Assembly (NCBI GenBank): GCA_053919585.1
Contig: CM132807.1
Strand: one strand, 5' to 3'
DNA: 64,000 bases
DNA from: Euprymna scolopes
Lineage: Eukaryota
Both the position numbers and the translations under genes were made by a program. The notes below the pieces were generated by a model that was not told where the DNA came from, ran no database searches, and worked only from the letters and a program-made list of their open reading frames with translations. Below are positions 14,101 through 27,165 of the stretch, piece by piece. The first letter of the stretch is position 1. The number at the start of each line of letters is the position of its first letter.

Positions 14101-17100
14101 TAAAATGTTGTTTCTAAGTAAAGATGATCAACCAACTAAAATTCTATTTCGAAGTAAACATTGATTGAAGAAATAAAATGTTGTTTCTAAGTAAAGATGA
14201 TCAACCAACTAAAATTCTATTTCGAAGTAAACATTGATTGAAGAACTAAAATGTTGTTTCTAAGTAAAGATGATCAAACAACTAAAACTCTATTTCGAAG
14301 TAAACATTGATTGATAAACTAAAATGTTGTTTCTAAGTAAAGATAATCGACGAACTAAAATTCTATTTCGAAGTAAATATTGATTGACCAACTAAAATGT
14401 TGTTTCTAAGTAAAGATGATCAACCAACTAAAATTCTATTTCGACATAAACATTGATTGAAGAACTAAAATGTTGTTTCTAAGTAAAGATGATCAAACAA
14501 CTAAAATTCTATTTCGACATAAACATTGATTGAAGAACTAAAATGTTGTTTCTAAGTAAAGATAATCGACGAACTAAAATTCTATTTCGAAGTAAACATT
14601 GATTGACCAACAAAAATGTTGTTTCTAAGTAAAGAATATCGACGAACTAAAATTCTATTTCGAAGTAAACATTGATTGAAGAACTAAAATGTTGTTTCTA
14701 AGTAAAGATGATCAACCAACTAAAATTCTATTTAGAAGTAAACATTGATTGACCAACTAAAATGTTGTTTCTAAGTAAAGATGATCGACGAACTAAAATT
14801 CTATTTCGAAGTAAACATTGATTGAAGAACTAAAATGTTGTTTCTAAGTAAAGATGATCAAACAACTAAAATTCTATTTCGAAGTAAACATTTATTGACC
14901 AACTAAAATGTTGTTTCTAAGTAAAGATGATCAAACAACTAAAATTCTATTTCGAAGTAAACATTGATTGAATAACTAAAATGTTGTTTCTAAGTAAAGA
15001 TGATCGACGAACTAAAATTCTATTTTGAAGTAAACATTGATTGAAGAACTAAAATGTTGTTTCTAAGTAAAGATGATCAAACAACTAAAATTCTATTTCG
15101 AAGTAAACATTTATAGACCAACTAAAATGTTGTTTCTAAGTAAAGATGATCAACCAACTAAAATTCTATTTCGAAGTAAACATTGATTGATAAACTAAAA
15201 TGTTGTTTCTAAGTAAAGATAATCGACGAACTTAAATTCTATTTCGAAGTAAACATTGATTGAAGAACTAAAATGTTGTTTCTAAGTAAAGATGATCAAA
15301 CAACTAAAATTCTATTTCGAAGTAAACATTGATTGATAAACTAAAATGTTGTTTCTAAGTAAAGATGATCGACAGACTAAAATTCTATTTCGAAGTAAAC
15401 ATTGATTGAAGAACTAAAATGTTGTTTCTAAGTAAAGATGATCAAACAACTAAAATTCTATTTCGAAGTAAACATTGATTGAAGAACTAAAATGTTGTTT
15501 CTAAGTAAAGATGATCAAACAACTAAAATTCTATTTCGAAGTAAACATTGATTGAAGAACTAAAATGTTGTTTCTAAGTAAAGATGATCAAACAACTAAA
15601 ATTCTATTTCGAAGTAAACATTGATTGATAAACTAAAATGTTGTTTCTAAGTAAAGATAATCGACGAACTAAAATTCTATTTCGAAGTAAATATTGATTG
15701 ACCAACTAAAATGTTGTTTCTAAGTAAAGATGATCAACCAACTAAAATTCTATTTCGACATAAACATTGATTGAAGAACTAAAATGTTGTTTCTAAGTAA
15801 AGATGATCAACCAACTAAAATTCTATTTCGAAGTAAACATTTATTGACCAACTAAAATGTTGTTTCTAAGTAAAGATGATCAACCAACTAAAATTTTATT
15901 TCGAAGTAAACATTTATTGAAGAACTAAAATGTTGTTTGTAAGTAAAGATGATCAACCAACTAAAATTCTATTTCGAAGTAAACATTTATTGAAGAACTA
16001 AAATGTTGTTTGTAAGTAAATATGATCAAACAACTAAAATTCTATTTCGAAGTAAACATTGATTGAAGAACTAAAATGTTGTTTTTAAGTAAAGATGATC
16101 AACCAACTAAAATTCTATTTCGAAGTAAACATTTATTGACCAACTAAAATGTTGTTTCTAAGTAAAGATGATCAAACAACTAAAATTCTATTTCGAAGTA
16201 AACATTTATTGAAGAACTAAAATGTTGTTTCTAAGTAAAGATGATCGACGAACTAAAATTCTATTTCGAAGTAAACATTGATTGACCAACTTAAATGTTG
16301 TTTCTAAGTAAAGATAATCGACGAACTAAAATTCTATTTCGAAGTAAACATTGATTGATAAACTAAAATGTTGTTTCTAAGTAAAGGTGATCGACGAACT
16401 AAAATTCTATTTCGAAGTAAACATTGATTGAAGAACTAAAATGTTGTTTCTAAGTAAAGATGATCAACGAACTAAAATTCTATTTCGACATAAACATTGA
16501 TTGAAGAACTAAAATGTTGTTTCTAAGTAAAGATGATCAAACAACTAAAATTCTATTTCGAAGTAAACATTGATTGAAGAACTAAAATGTTGTTTCTAAG
16601 TAAAGATAATCGACGAACTAAAATTCTATTTCGAAGTAAACATTGATTGACCAACTAAAATGTTGTTTCTAAGTAAAGAATATCGACGAACTAAAATTCT
16701 ATTTCGAAGTAAACATTGATTGAAGAACTAAAATGTTGTTTCTAAGTAAAGATGATCAACCAACTAAAATTCTATTTCGAAGTAAACATTGATTGAAGAA
16801 CTAAAATGTTGTTTCTAAGTAAAGATGATCAACCAACTAAAATTCTATTTCGAAGTAAACATTGATTGAAGAACTAAAATGTTGTTTCTAAGTAAAGAAT
16901 ATCGACGAACTAAAATTCTATTTCGAAGTAAACATTGATTGATAAACTAAAATGTTGTTTCTAAGTAAAGATAATCGACGAACTAAAATTCTATTTCGAA
17001 GTAAACATTGATTGAAGAACTAAAATGTTGTTTCTAAGTAAAGATGATCAAACAACTAAAATTCTATTTCGAAGTAAACATTGATTGATAAACTAAAATG

Positions 17101-20100
17101 TTGTTTCTGAGTAAAGATGATCGACGAACTAAAATTCTATTTCGAAGTAAACATTGATTGAAGAACTAAAATGTTGTTTCTAAGTAAAGATGATCAAACA
17201 ACTAAAATTCTATTTCGAAGTAAACATTGATTGAAGAACTAAAATGTTGTTTCTAAGTAAAGATGATCAAACAACTAAAATTCTATTTCGAAGTAAACAT
17301 TGATTGAAGAACTAAAATGTTGTTTCTAAGTAAAGATGATCAAACAACTAAAATTCTATTTCGAAATAAACATTGATTGATAAACTAAAATGTTGTTTCT
17401 AAGTAAAGATAATCGACGAACTAAAATTCTATTTCGAAGTAAATATTGATTGACCAACTAAAATGTTGTTTCTAAGTAAAGATGATCAACCAACTAAAAT
17501 TCTATTTCGACATAAACATTGATTGAAGAACTAAAATGTTGTTTCTAAGTAAAGATGATCAAACAACTAAAATTCTATTTCGACATAAACATTGATTGAA
17601 GAACTAAAATGTTGTTTCTAAGTAAAGATAATCGACGAACTAAAATTCTATTTCGAAGTAAACATTGATTGACCAACTAAAATGTTGTTTCTAAGTAAAG
17701 AATATCGACGAACAAAAATTCTATTTCGAAGTAAACATTGATTGAAGAACTAAAATGTTGTTTCTAAGTAAAGATGATCAACCAACTAAAATTCTATTTC
17801 GAAGTAAACATTGATTGACCAACTAAAATGTTGTTTCTAAGTAAAGATGATCGACGAACTAAAATTCTATTTCGAAGTAAACATTGATTGAAGAACTAAA
17901 ATGTTGTTTCTAAGTAAAGATGATCAACCAACTAAAATTCTATTTCGAAGTAAACATTTATTGACCAACTAAAATGTTGTTTCTAAGTAAAGATGATCAA
18001 ACAACTAAAATTCTATTTCGAAGTAAACATTGATTGAAGAACTAAAATGTTGTTTCTAAGTAAAGATGATCAAACACCTAAAATTCTATTTCGAAGTAAA
18101 CATTGATTGAAGAACTAAAATGTTGTTTCTAAGTAAAGATGATCAAACAACTAAAATTCTATTTTGAAGTAAACATTGATTGAAACACTAAAATGTTGTT
18201 TCTAAGTAAAGATGATCAAACAACTAAAATTCTATTTCGAAGTAAACATTGATTGAAGAACTAAAATGTTGTTTCTAAGTAAAGATGATCAAACAACTAA
18301 AATTCTATTTCGAAGTAAACATTGATTGAAGAACTAAAATGTTGTTTCTAAGTAAAGATGATCGACGAACTAAAATTCTATTTCGAAGAAAACATTGATT
18401 GACCAACTTAAATGTAGTTTCTAAGTAAAGATAATCGACGAACTAAAATTCTATTTCGAAGTAAACATTGATTGATAAACTAAAATGTTGTTTCTAAGTA
18501 AAGGTGATCGACGAACTAAAATTCTATTTCGAAGTAAACATTGATTGAAGAACTAAAATGTTGTTTCTAAGTAAAGATGATCAACGAACTAAAATTCTAT
18601 TTCGACATAAACATTGATTGAAGAACTAAAATGTTGTTTCTAAGTAAAGATGATCAAACAACTAAAATTCTATTTCGAAGTAAACATTGATTGAAGAACT
18701 AAAATGTTGTTTCTAAGTAAAGATAATCGACGAACTAAAATTCTATTTCGAAGTAAACATTGATTGACCAACTAAAATGTTGTTTCTAAGTAAAGAATAT
18801 CGACGAACTAAAATTCTATTTCGAAGTAAACATTGATTGAAGAACTAAAATGTTGTTTCTAAGTAAAGATGATCAACCAACTAAAATTCTATTTCGAAGT
18901 AAACATTGATTGAAGAACTAAAATGTTGTTTCTAAGTAAAGATGATCAACCAACTAAAATTCTATTTCGAAGTAAACATTGATTGAAGAACTAAAATGTT
19001 GTTTCTAAGTAAAGAATATCGACGAACTAAAATTCTATTTCGAAGTAAACATTGATTGATAAACTAAAATGTTGTTTCTAAGTAAAGATAATCGACGAAC
19101 TAAAATTCTATTTCGAAGTAAACATTGATTGAAGAACTAAAATGTTGTTTCTAAGTAAAGATGATCAAACAACTAAAATTCTATTTCGAAGTAAACATTG
19201 ATTGATAAACTAAAATGTTGTTTCTGAGTAAAGATGATCGACGAACTAAAATTCTATTTCGAAGTAAACATTGATTGAAGAACTAAAATGTTGTTTCTAA
19301 GTAAAGATGATCAAACAACTAAAATTCTATTTCGAAGTAAACATTGATTGAAGAACTAAAATGTTGTTTCTAAGTAAAGATGATCAAACAACTAAAATTC
19401 TATTTCGAAGTAAACATTGATTGAAGAACTAAAATGTTGTTTCTAAGTAAAGATGATCAAACAACTAAAATTCTATTTCGAAGTAAACATTGATTGATAA
19501 ACTAAAATGTTGTTTCTAAGTAAAGATAATCGACGAACTAAAATTCTATTTCGAAGTAAATATTGATTGACCAACTAAAATGTTGTTTCTAAGTAAAGAT
19601 GTTCAACCAACTAAAATTCTATTTCGACATAAACATTGATTGAAGAACTAAAATGTTGTTTCTAAGTAAAGATGATCAAACAACTAAAATTCTATTTCGA
19701 CATAAACATTGATTGAAGAACTAAAATGTTGTTTCTAAGTAAAGATAATCGACGAACTAAAATTCTATTTCGAAGTAAACATTGATTGACCAACTAAAAT
19801 GTTGTTTCTAAGTAAAGAATATCGACGAACAAAAATTCTATTTCGAAGTAAACATTGATTGAAGAACTAAAATGTTGTTTCTAAGTAAAGATGATCAACC
19901 AACTAAAATTCTATTTCGAAGTAAACATTGATTGACCAACTAAAATGTTGTTTCTAAGTAAAGATGATCGACGAACTAAAATTCTATTTCGAAGTAAACA
20001 TTGATTGAAGAACTAAAATGTTGTTTCTAAGTAAAGATGATCAACCAACTAAAATTCTATTTCGAAGTAAACATTTATTGACCAACTAAAATGTTGTTTC

Positions 20101-23100
20101 TAAGTAAAGATGATCAAACAACTAAAATTCTATTTCGAAGTAAACATTGATTGAAGAACTAAAATGTTGTTTCTAAGTAAAGATGATCAAACACCTAAAA
20201 TTCTATTTCGAAGTAAACATTGATTGAAGAACTAAAATGTTGTTTCTAAGTAAAGATGATCAAACAACTAAAATTCTATTTTGAAGTAAACATTGATTGA
20301 AACACTAAAATGTTGTTTCTAAGTAAAGATGATCAAACAACTAAAATTCTATTTCGAAGTAAACATTGATTGAAGAACTAAAATGTTGTTTCGAAGTAAA
20401 GATGATCAAACAACTAAAATTCTATTTCGAAGTAAACATTGATTGAAGAACTAAAATGTTGTTTCTAAGTAAAGATGATCAAACAACTAAAATTCTATTT
20501 CGAAGTAAACATTGATTGAAGAACTAAAATGTTGTTTCTAAGTAAAGATGATCAACGAACTAAAATTCTATTTCGAAGTAAACATTGATTGAAGAACTAA
20601 AATGTTGTTTCTAAGTAAAGATGATCAACCAACTAAAATTCTATTTCGAAGTAAACATTTATTGACCAACTAAAATGTTGTTTCTAAGTAAAGATAATCG
20701 ACGAACTAAAATTCTATTTCGAAGTAAACATTGATTGAAGAACTAAAATGTTGTTTCTAAGTAAAGATGATCAAACAACTAAAATTCTATTTCGAAGTAA
20801 ACATTTATTGACCAACTAAAATGTTGTTTCTAAGTAAAGATGATCAAACAACTAAAATTCTATTTCGAAGTAAACATTGATTGAAGAACTAAAATATTGT
20901 TTCTAGGTAAAGATGATCAACCAACTAAAATTCTATTTCGAAGTAAACATTGATTGAAGAACTAAAATGTTGTTTCTAAGTAAAGATGATCAAACAACTA
21001 AAATTCTATTTCGAAGTAAACATTGATTGAAGAACTAAAATGTTGTTTCTAAGTAAAGATGATCAACCAACTAAAATTCTATTTCGAAGTAAACATTGAT
21101 TGAAGAACTAAAATGTTGTTTCTAAGTAAAGATGATCAACCAACTAAAATTCTATTTCGAAGTAAAGATTGATTGAAGAACTAAAATGTTGTTTCTAAGT
21201 AAAGATGATCAACCAACTAAAATTCTATTTCGAAGTAAATATTGATTGAAGAACTAAAATGTTGTTTCTAAGTAAAGATGATCAAACAACTAAAATTCTA
21301 TTTCGAAGTAAACATTGATTGAAGAACTAAATGTTGTTTCTAAGTAAAGATAATCGACGAACTAAAATTCTATTTCGAAGTAAATATTGATTGAAGAACT
21401 AAAATGTTGTTTCTAAGTAAAGATGATCAAACAACTAAAATTCTATTTCGAAGTAAACATTGATTGACCAACTAAAATGTTGTTTCTAAGTAAAGATGAT
21501 CGACGAACTAAAATTCTATTTCGAAGTAAACATTGATTGAAGAACTAAAATGTTGTTTCTAAGTAAAGATGATCAACCATCTAAAATTCTATTTCGAAGT
21601 AAACATTTATTGACCAACTAAAATGTTGTTTCTAAGTAAAGATGATCAAACAACTAAAATTCTATTTCGAAGTAAACATTTATTGACCAACTAAAATGTT
21701 GTTTCTAAGTAAAGATGATCAAACAACTAAAATTCTATTTCGAAGTAAACATTGATTGATAAACTAAAATGTTGTTTCTAATTAAAGATGATCAACCAAC
21801 TAAAATTCTATTTCGAAGTAAACATTGATTGAAGAACTAAAATGTTGTTTCTAAGTAAAGATGATCAACCAACTAAAATTCTATTTCGAAGTAAACATTG
21901 ATTGAAGAACTAAAATGTTGTTTCTAAGTAAAGATGATCAAACAACTAAAACTCTATTTCGAAGTAAACATTGATTGATAAACTAAAATGTTGTTTCTAA
22001 GTAAAGATAATCGACGAACTAAAATTCTATTTCGAAGTAAATATTGATTGACCAACTAAAATGTTGTTTCTAAGTAAAGATGATCAACCAACTAAAATTC
22101 TATTTCGACATAAACATTGATTGAAGAACTAAAATGTTGTTTCTAAGTAAAGATGATCAAACAACTAAGATTCTATTTCGACATAAACATTGATTGAAGA
22201 ACTAAAATGTTGTTTCTAAGTAAAGATAATCGACGAACTAAAATTCTATTTCGAAGTAAACATTGATTGACCAACTAAAATGTTGTTTCTAAGTAAAGAA
22301 TATCGACGAACTAAAATTCTATTTCGAAGTAAACATTGATTGAAGAACTAAAATGTTGTTTCTAAGTAAAGATGATCAACCAACTAAAATTCTATTTAGA
22401 AGTAAACATTGATTGACCAACTAAAATGTTGTTTCTAAGTAAAGATGATCGACGAACTAAAATTCTATTTTGAAGTAAACATTGATTGAAGAACTAAAAT
22501 GTTGTTTCTAAGTAAAGATGATCAAACAACTAAAATTCTATTTCGAAGTAAACATTTATTGACCAACTAAAATGATGTTTCTAAGTAAAGATGATCAACG
22601 AACTAAAATTCTATTTCGAAGTAAACATTGATTGATAAACTAAAATGTTGTTTCTAAGTAAAGATGATCAAACAACTAAAATTCTATTTCGAAGTAAACA
22701 TTGATTGAAGAACTAAAATGTTGTTTCTAAGTAAAGATGATCAAACAACTAAAATTCTATTTCGAAGTAAGATTGATTGAAGAACTAAAATGTTGTTTCT
22801 AAGTAAAGATGATCAACCAACTAAAATTCTATTTCGAAGTAAATATTGATTGAAGAACTAAAATGTTGTTTCTAAGTAAAGATGATCAAACAACTAAAAT
22901 TCTATTTCGAAGTAAACATTGATTGAAGAACTAAATGTTGTTTCTATGTAAAGATAATCGACGAACTAAAATTCTATTTCGAAGTAAATATTGATTGAAG
23001 AACTAAAATGTTGTTTCTAAGTAAAGATGATCAAACAACTCAAATTCTATTTCGAAGTAAATATTGATTGACCAACTAAAATGTTGTTTCTAAGTAAAGA

Positions 23101-23673
23101 TGATCGACGAACTAAAATTCTATTTCGAAGTAAACATTGATTGAAGAACTAAAATGTTGTTTCTAAGTAAAGATGATCAACCAACTAAAATTCTATTTCG
23201 AAGTAAACATTTATTGACCAACTAAAATGTTGTTTCTAAGTAAAGATGATCAACGAACTAAAATTCTATTTCGAAGTAAACATTTATTGACCAACTAAAA
23301 TGTTGTTTCTAAGTAAAGATGATCAAACAACTAAAATTCTATTTCGAAGTAAACATTGATTGATAAACTAAAATGTTGTTTCTAATTAAAGATGATCAAC
23401 CAACTAAAATTCTATTTCGAAGTAAACATTGATTGAAGAACTAAAATGTTGTTTCTAAGTAAAGATGATCAACCAACTAAAATTCTATTTCGAAGTAAAC
23501 ATTAATTGAGGAACTAAAATGTTGTTTCTAAGTAAAGATGATCAACCAACTAAAATTCTATTTCGAAGTAAACATTGATTGAAGAACTAAAATGTTGTTT
23601 CTAAGTAAAGATGATCAAACAACTAAAATTCTATTTCGAAGTAAACATTGATTGAAGAACTAAAATGTTGTTT
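5195..23673 (+). repeat. 73-bp satellite array, left block (~250 units)
   Basis: Unit AACTAAAATTCTATTTCGAAGTAAACATTGATTGAAG (37) + AACTAAAATGTTGTTTCTAAGTAAAGATGATCAACC (36), highly homogeneous. Confidence 0.99.
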
Positions 23674-26600
23674 TCTAGGTTGGCAGTATTTTTGCGCGAA
23701 CAGTTGGCAGAGTTGGTGGAAATTTTCTGTTTCTATGTCTATCCTTGTAGCCATGTCACTAGTAAGGGTGCTGGAGGTAAACGTTTTGTCTGGGCTGACG
23801 TTATCCGCCTGATAGTCAGGGACCCGAACCTTGGATTAACCACTAAGGAGGCTGTCCTATCAGCAGGTGCAAAGTACTGGGGCTGCTGTATTGCCATCTG
23901 GTGAATGGAATCTGGACCATGCAGTAGCTTCTGGTGGGGCCTCTCGATGCCATACTAGTGGGTAATTGTTACGGCTTTACCTTATCATGTGGTACAAAAA
24001 AAAAAAAAAAAAAAAATTCTTCGTTTCTTTTTCTCTCTTAGTTTCCCCTCTCTGTCCTGCTCTAAGTAAATCTGTCGACCTAGTCCACAAATTCCAAAAT
24101 TTCATCATGACAAGTTTCAAGAAAAAATACACGATTAAACCCGGTTCTCCAACTTCCAACGTAGACCCCTACTACCATGTCTCCTTCTCCAACATCAGGG
24201 GTCTACGTTCTAACCTTCCAGAGGTTGAAACCCAATTACAGGAGACTAAACCAGACCTTTTATTTTTAAGTGAAACTGGCATTGGACAGGCTATTTCCCT
24301 TGATGAGTTTGCAATTACAGGATACTCTAACTTAACTTCTAAATCTGACCCCCAAGATCGCCATGGGCATGGAATATGTGCCTATATTAAAGATAGCTTT
24401 CCATGTGGGAGGGACATCTCCAGGGAAGATCCTAACTTACCCTATATGTGCTTCCGGGTTGCTTTAGCTCACACTACTGCATTTATATTTACTCTCTATC
24501 GCCCCCACAACAGCGGAGTTACTATCTTTCAAAGCATATCTGAGAAAATTGACCAAGTCCTTTCTACTTATCCTTCAGCTAACATTCACGTATGTGGAGA
24601 CTTCAATGTTCACAACGTCGAATGGTTGACCCACTCAAACAAGACCGATGATGAGGGGAGGTTCTGTCATGATTTCTCCATTGCCTATGACCTCACTCAG
24701 ATTGTTCAGGAACCTACCCGTGTGCCCGATAATGACGGCCAGTATGCGAGCCTACTAGACCTTTTTCTCACAACTTGCCCTGAACTATGTTCAGTTTCTG
24801 TTCTGTCGCCTCTTGGATCTTCCGACCACTCTGTTGTATCAATTAAGATAAAAATGAAATGTAATAAGTCCCCAGACGTACCTCTTCATCGTACAGTATA
24901 TCGATACACTAAGGCTGACTGGGATAGCTTCCGTACATTTATATCTGATCTACCTCTGCATTCCATGTTTAAAAAGGATGTGTCCTCTATAGTATTAGAC
25001 CTAACTGAATGGTTAATTGTAGGTATTGACCATTTCATACCCTCTAAAAAGTTTCAGCAAAAACCTAACAGCCAGCCATGGTTCTCTCCAGAATGTGCTG
25101 CTGCCATTGCGCACAGAAATCACTTTTTCCACTGCTTCAAACGTAATAGATGTATGGAAACTAAAGCCGTTTTCAGGACTGCCAGCAACCATTGTAAGAA
25201 AGTAATAAGGAACGCAAGAGAGTTGTATGCTCAATCTGTTAAGTCCAAAGTAGCTGAGCAGCGGCTTGGTTCCCACCAGTTTTGGCAAATAGCAAACAGA
25301 ATCCTGAACAGAAGCGTGTGCTCCATCCCAACTATTATCAATGGATCTGAGGTAATCTCGTCAGCATCAGACAAAGCCAAACTCTTTGTCAAGAACTTTG
25401 CAGCTAATTCTACCCTTTGCGACCAAGACCGCCAACCCCCAATATTTCCTCTTGTATCAGAAAACACGCTATGTGATATACGTATATCTGTACGTGATGT
25501 TGCCAAGCTAATCAAAAACCTTGATTCCAGTAAAGCAACTGGCCCTGATGGTATTCCAATTATAGTACTCAAAAAACTTCAACCTGAACTAGCGCCCATA
25601 CTTACAAAACTGTTTAAACGTTGTCTTAAGGAGAATAGTTTCCCATCTCCCTGGAAAATCTCATCAGTATGCCCTGTATTTAAGAATTCAGGTGATCGCT
25701 CATCCCCCTCTCAGTACAGGCCAATAAGTCTCCTGTGCGTCATGAGTAAGTTGCTAGAATCTGTATTAAATACAGAAGTAATCAAACATCTCAACAAAAA
25801 TAACCTTCTTAGTGACACTCAATATGGTTTCCGTTCTGCTAGATCTACAGCAGATGTCCTTACAGTTATATCGCATAGGATTAGCAAATCTCTCGACGGT
25901 GGCAATCTTTCTAGGGCAATTGCTCTTGACATATCTAAAGCCTTTGATAGGGTATGGCATAAAGGTTTACTTCATAAGACCGCTAGCTATGGTATAGCTG
26001 GAAAAGTCTTCTCAATTATTAAATCATTTCTTTCTGATAGATTCATAAGAGTAGTAGTTGAGGGGCAAAAATCAGAAGCTCACAATATTAATGCCGGTGT
26101 CCCTCAGGGATCCATCCTGGGCCCAACTCTTTTCCTGATCTACATTAATGATCTTCCAAATCATATCCTTACATCATTTGTAGACATTTATGCTGACGAC
26201 ACTACCATTTATGGTACCACATCTAAGACAGTAAACGAGCAAGTTCTCTCCAATTCTCTCTCCTCTGATCTTGAGCACGTAGTACAATGGGGAAAGGAGT
26301 GGCTGGTTACTTTTAATGCATCTAAAACCAAGCTTCTCTCTTTACATCATCAACATTCTAATCCACATTTGTCATCAATTGAAATGAATGGCTCTCGTCT
26401 TCAGGAGGCCTCAAGTTTTGACAAGCTTCTGGGCTTGACCATTACTCCTGATCTTAAATGGAACACGTATATCAAATCTGTTGCCAAGGCCGCTGGAAAA
26501 ATGGTGGGATCTTTCTATCGATCCAGTAGATATCTCACTGCTGATGCTATTCTCTATCTATATAAGAGCCAGGTACGTCCAAGGATGGAATACTGTTGCC

Positions 26601-27165
26601 ACATCTGGGCAGGAGCTGCTAGAAAGAACTTGTCCTGCCTTGATAGAGTTCAAAATAGACTTCGTAGCCTCGTAGGAGATGTCCTTTTCTCCTCCTTGCA
26701 ACCTCTATCTCACAGAAGAGATGTTGCGAGTTTGTCTCTGATGTATCGTTATTTTCATGGAAAGTGTTCAACTGAGCTTCAATCTATGGTCCCCCCTCGC
26801 CAAACTTTCACAAGAAACACTCGTCTAGCTGTAAACACTATCAATAATTTCCCCCACTCTTTATCTGTGCCTAAACCTAAACGTAGATTCCATGAACAAA
26901 GCTTCTTTCTTAGAACTGCACGCCTGTGGAATTGTCTTCCGTTTTCCTGCTTTCCGGCTGACTACAATATGGTTTTGTTCAAGTCTAAAGTAAATAAGTT
27001 CTTGATGAGCCGTTCCATATAAGTTATTAAATTTACCAAATTTTCATTACTAATGATTACTATATTGACCAACTTCTACTGTACACTCTTTAACCCTTAT
27101 CCTTGAGTGGCCTCTGGGCCTTGATAATGTGGTGATGCCTTTGTAAAAAAAAAAAAAAAAAAAAA
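23674..27165 (+). mobile_element. Intact single-ORF non-LTR retrotransposon, CR1-group (Zenon-like, no ORF1)
   Basis: ~430-bp 5' region with an internal A21 (23996-24016), APE+RT ORF, short 3' UTR with ggcc-tctg-ggcc stem-loop, A21 tail (27145-27165); inserted at tttct|aagtaaag of the satellite. Confidence 0.95.
24107..27022 (+). CDS. LINE ORF2-type protein: APE endonuclease + reverse transcriptase (~971 aa from ATG 24107; frame open from 23966)
   Basis: APE motifs SNIRGL, LSET, GDFN, LDLFL, SDH; RT motifs GPDGIP, YRPISLL, QYGFR, LDISKAFDRV, GVPQGSILGP, YADD, LG; CR1-like C-terminus YKSQVRPRMEYCCHIW, LSHRRDVASL. Confidence 0.97.
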   Translation: MTSFKKKYTIKPGSPTSNVDPYYHVSFSNIRGLRSNLPEVETQLQETKPDLLFLSETGIGQAISLDEFAITGYSNLTSKSDPQDRHGHGICAYIKDSFPCGRDISREDPNLPYMCFRVALAHTTAFIFTLYRPHNSGVTIFQSISEKIDQVLSTYPSANIHVCGDFNVHNVEWLTHSNKTDDEGRFCHDFSIAYDLTQIVQEPTRVPDNDGQYASLLDLFLTTCPELCSVSVLSPLGSSDHSVVSIKIKMKCNKSPDVPLHRTVYRYTKADWDSFRTFISDLPLHSMFKKDVSSIVLDLTEWLIVGIDHFIPSKKFQQKPNSQPWFSPECAAAIAHRNHFFHCFKRNRCMETKAVFRTASNHCKKVIRNARELYAQSVKSKVAEQRLGSHQFWQIANRILNRSVCSIPTIINGSEVISSASDKAKLFVKNFAANSTLCDQDRQPPIFPLVSENTLCDIRISVRDVAKLIKNLDSSKATGPDGIPIIVLKKLQPELAPILTKLFKRCLKENSFPSPWKISSVCPVFKNSGDRSSPSQYRPISLLCVMSKLLESVLNTEVIKHLNKNNLLSDTQYGFRSARSTADVLTVISHRISKSLDGGNLSRAIALDISKAFDRVWHKGLLHKTASYGIAGKVFSIIKSFLSDRFIRVVVEGQKSEAHNINAGVPQGSILGPTLFLIYINDLPNHILTSFVDIYADDTTIYGTTSKTVNEQVLSNSLSSDLEHVVQWGKEWLVTFNASKTKLLSLHHQHSNPHLSSIEMNGSRLQEASSFDKLLGLTITPDLKWNTYIKSVAKAAGKMVGSFYRSSRYLTADAILYLYKSQVRPRMEYCCHIWAGAARKNLSCLDRVQNRLRSLVGDVLFSSLQPLSHRRDVASLSLMYRYFHGKCSTELQSMVPPRQTFTRNTRLAVNTINNFPHSLSVPKPKRRFHEQSFFLRTARLWNCLPFSCFPADYNMVLFKSKVNKFLMSRSI

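Noticed and set aside
23665-26675. Short ORFs overlapping the LINE, including a possible ORF1 at 23665-23904
   Set aside because: The ATG comes from the satellite and no RRM, zinc-knuckle or esterase features are visible; the others are shadow frames of the RT ORF
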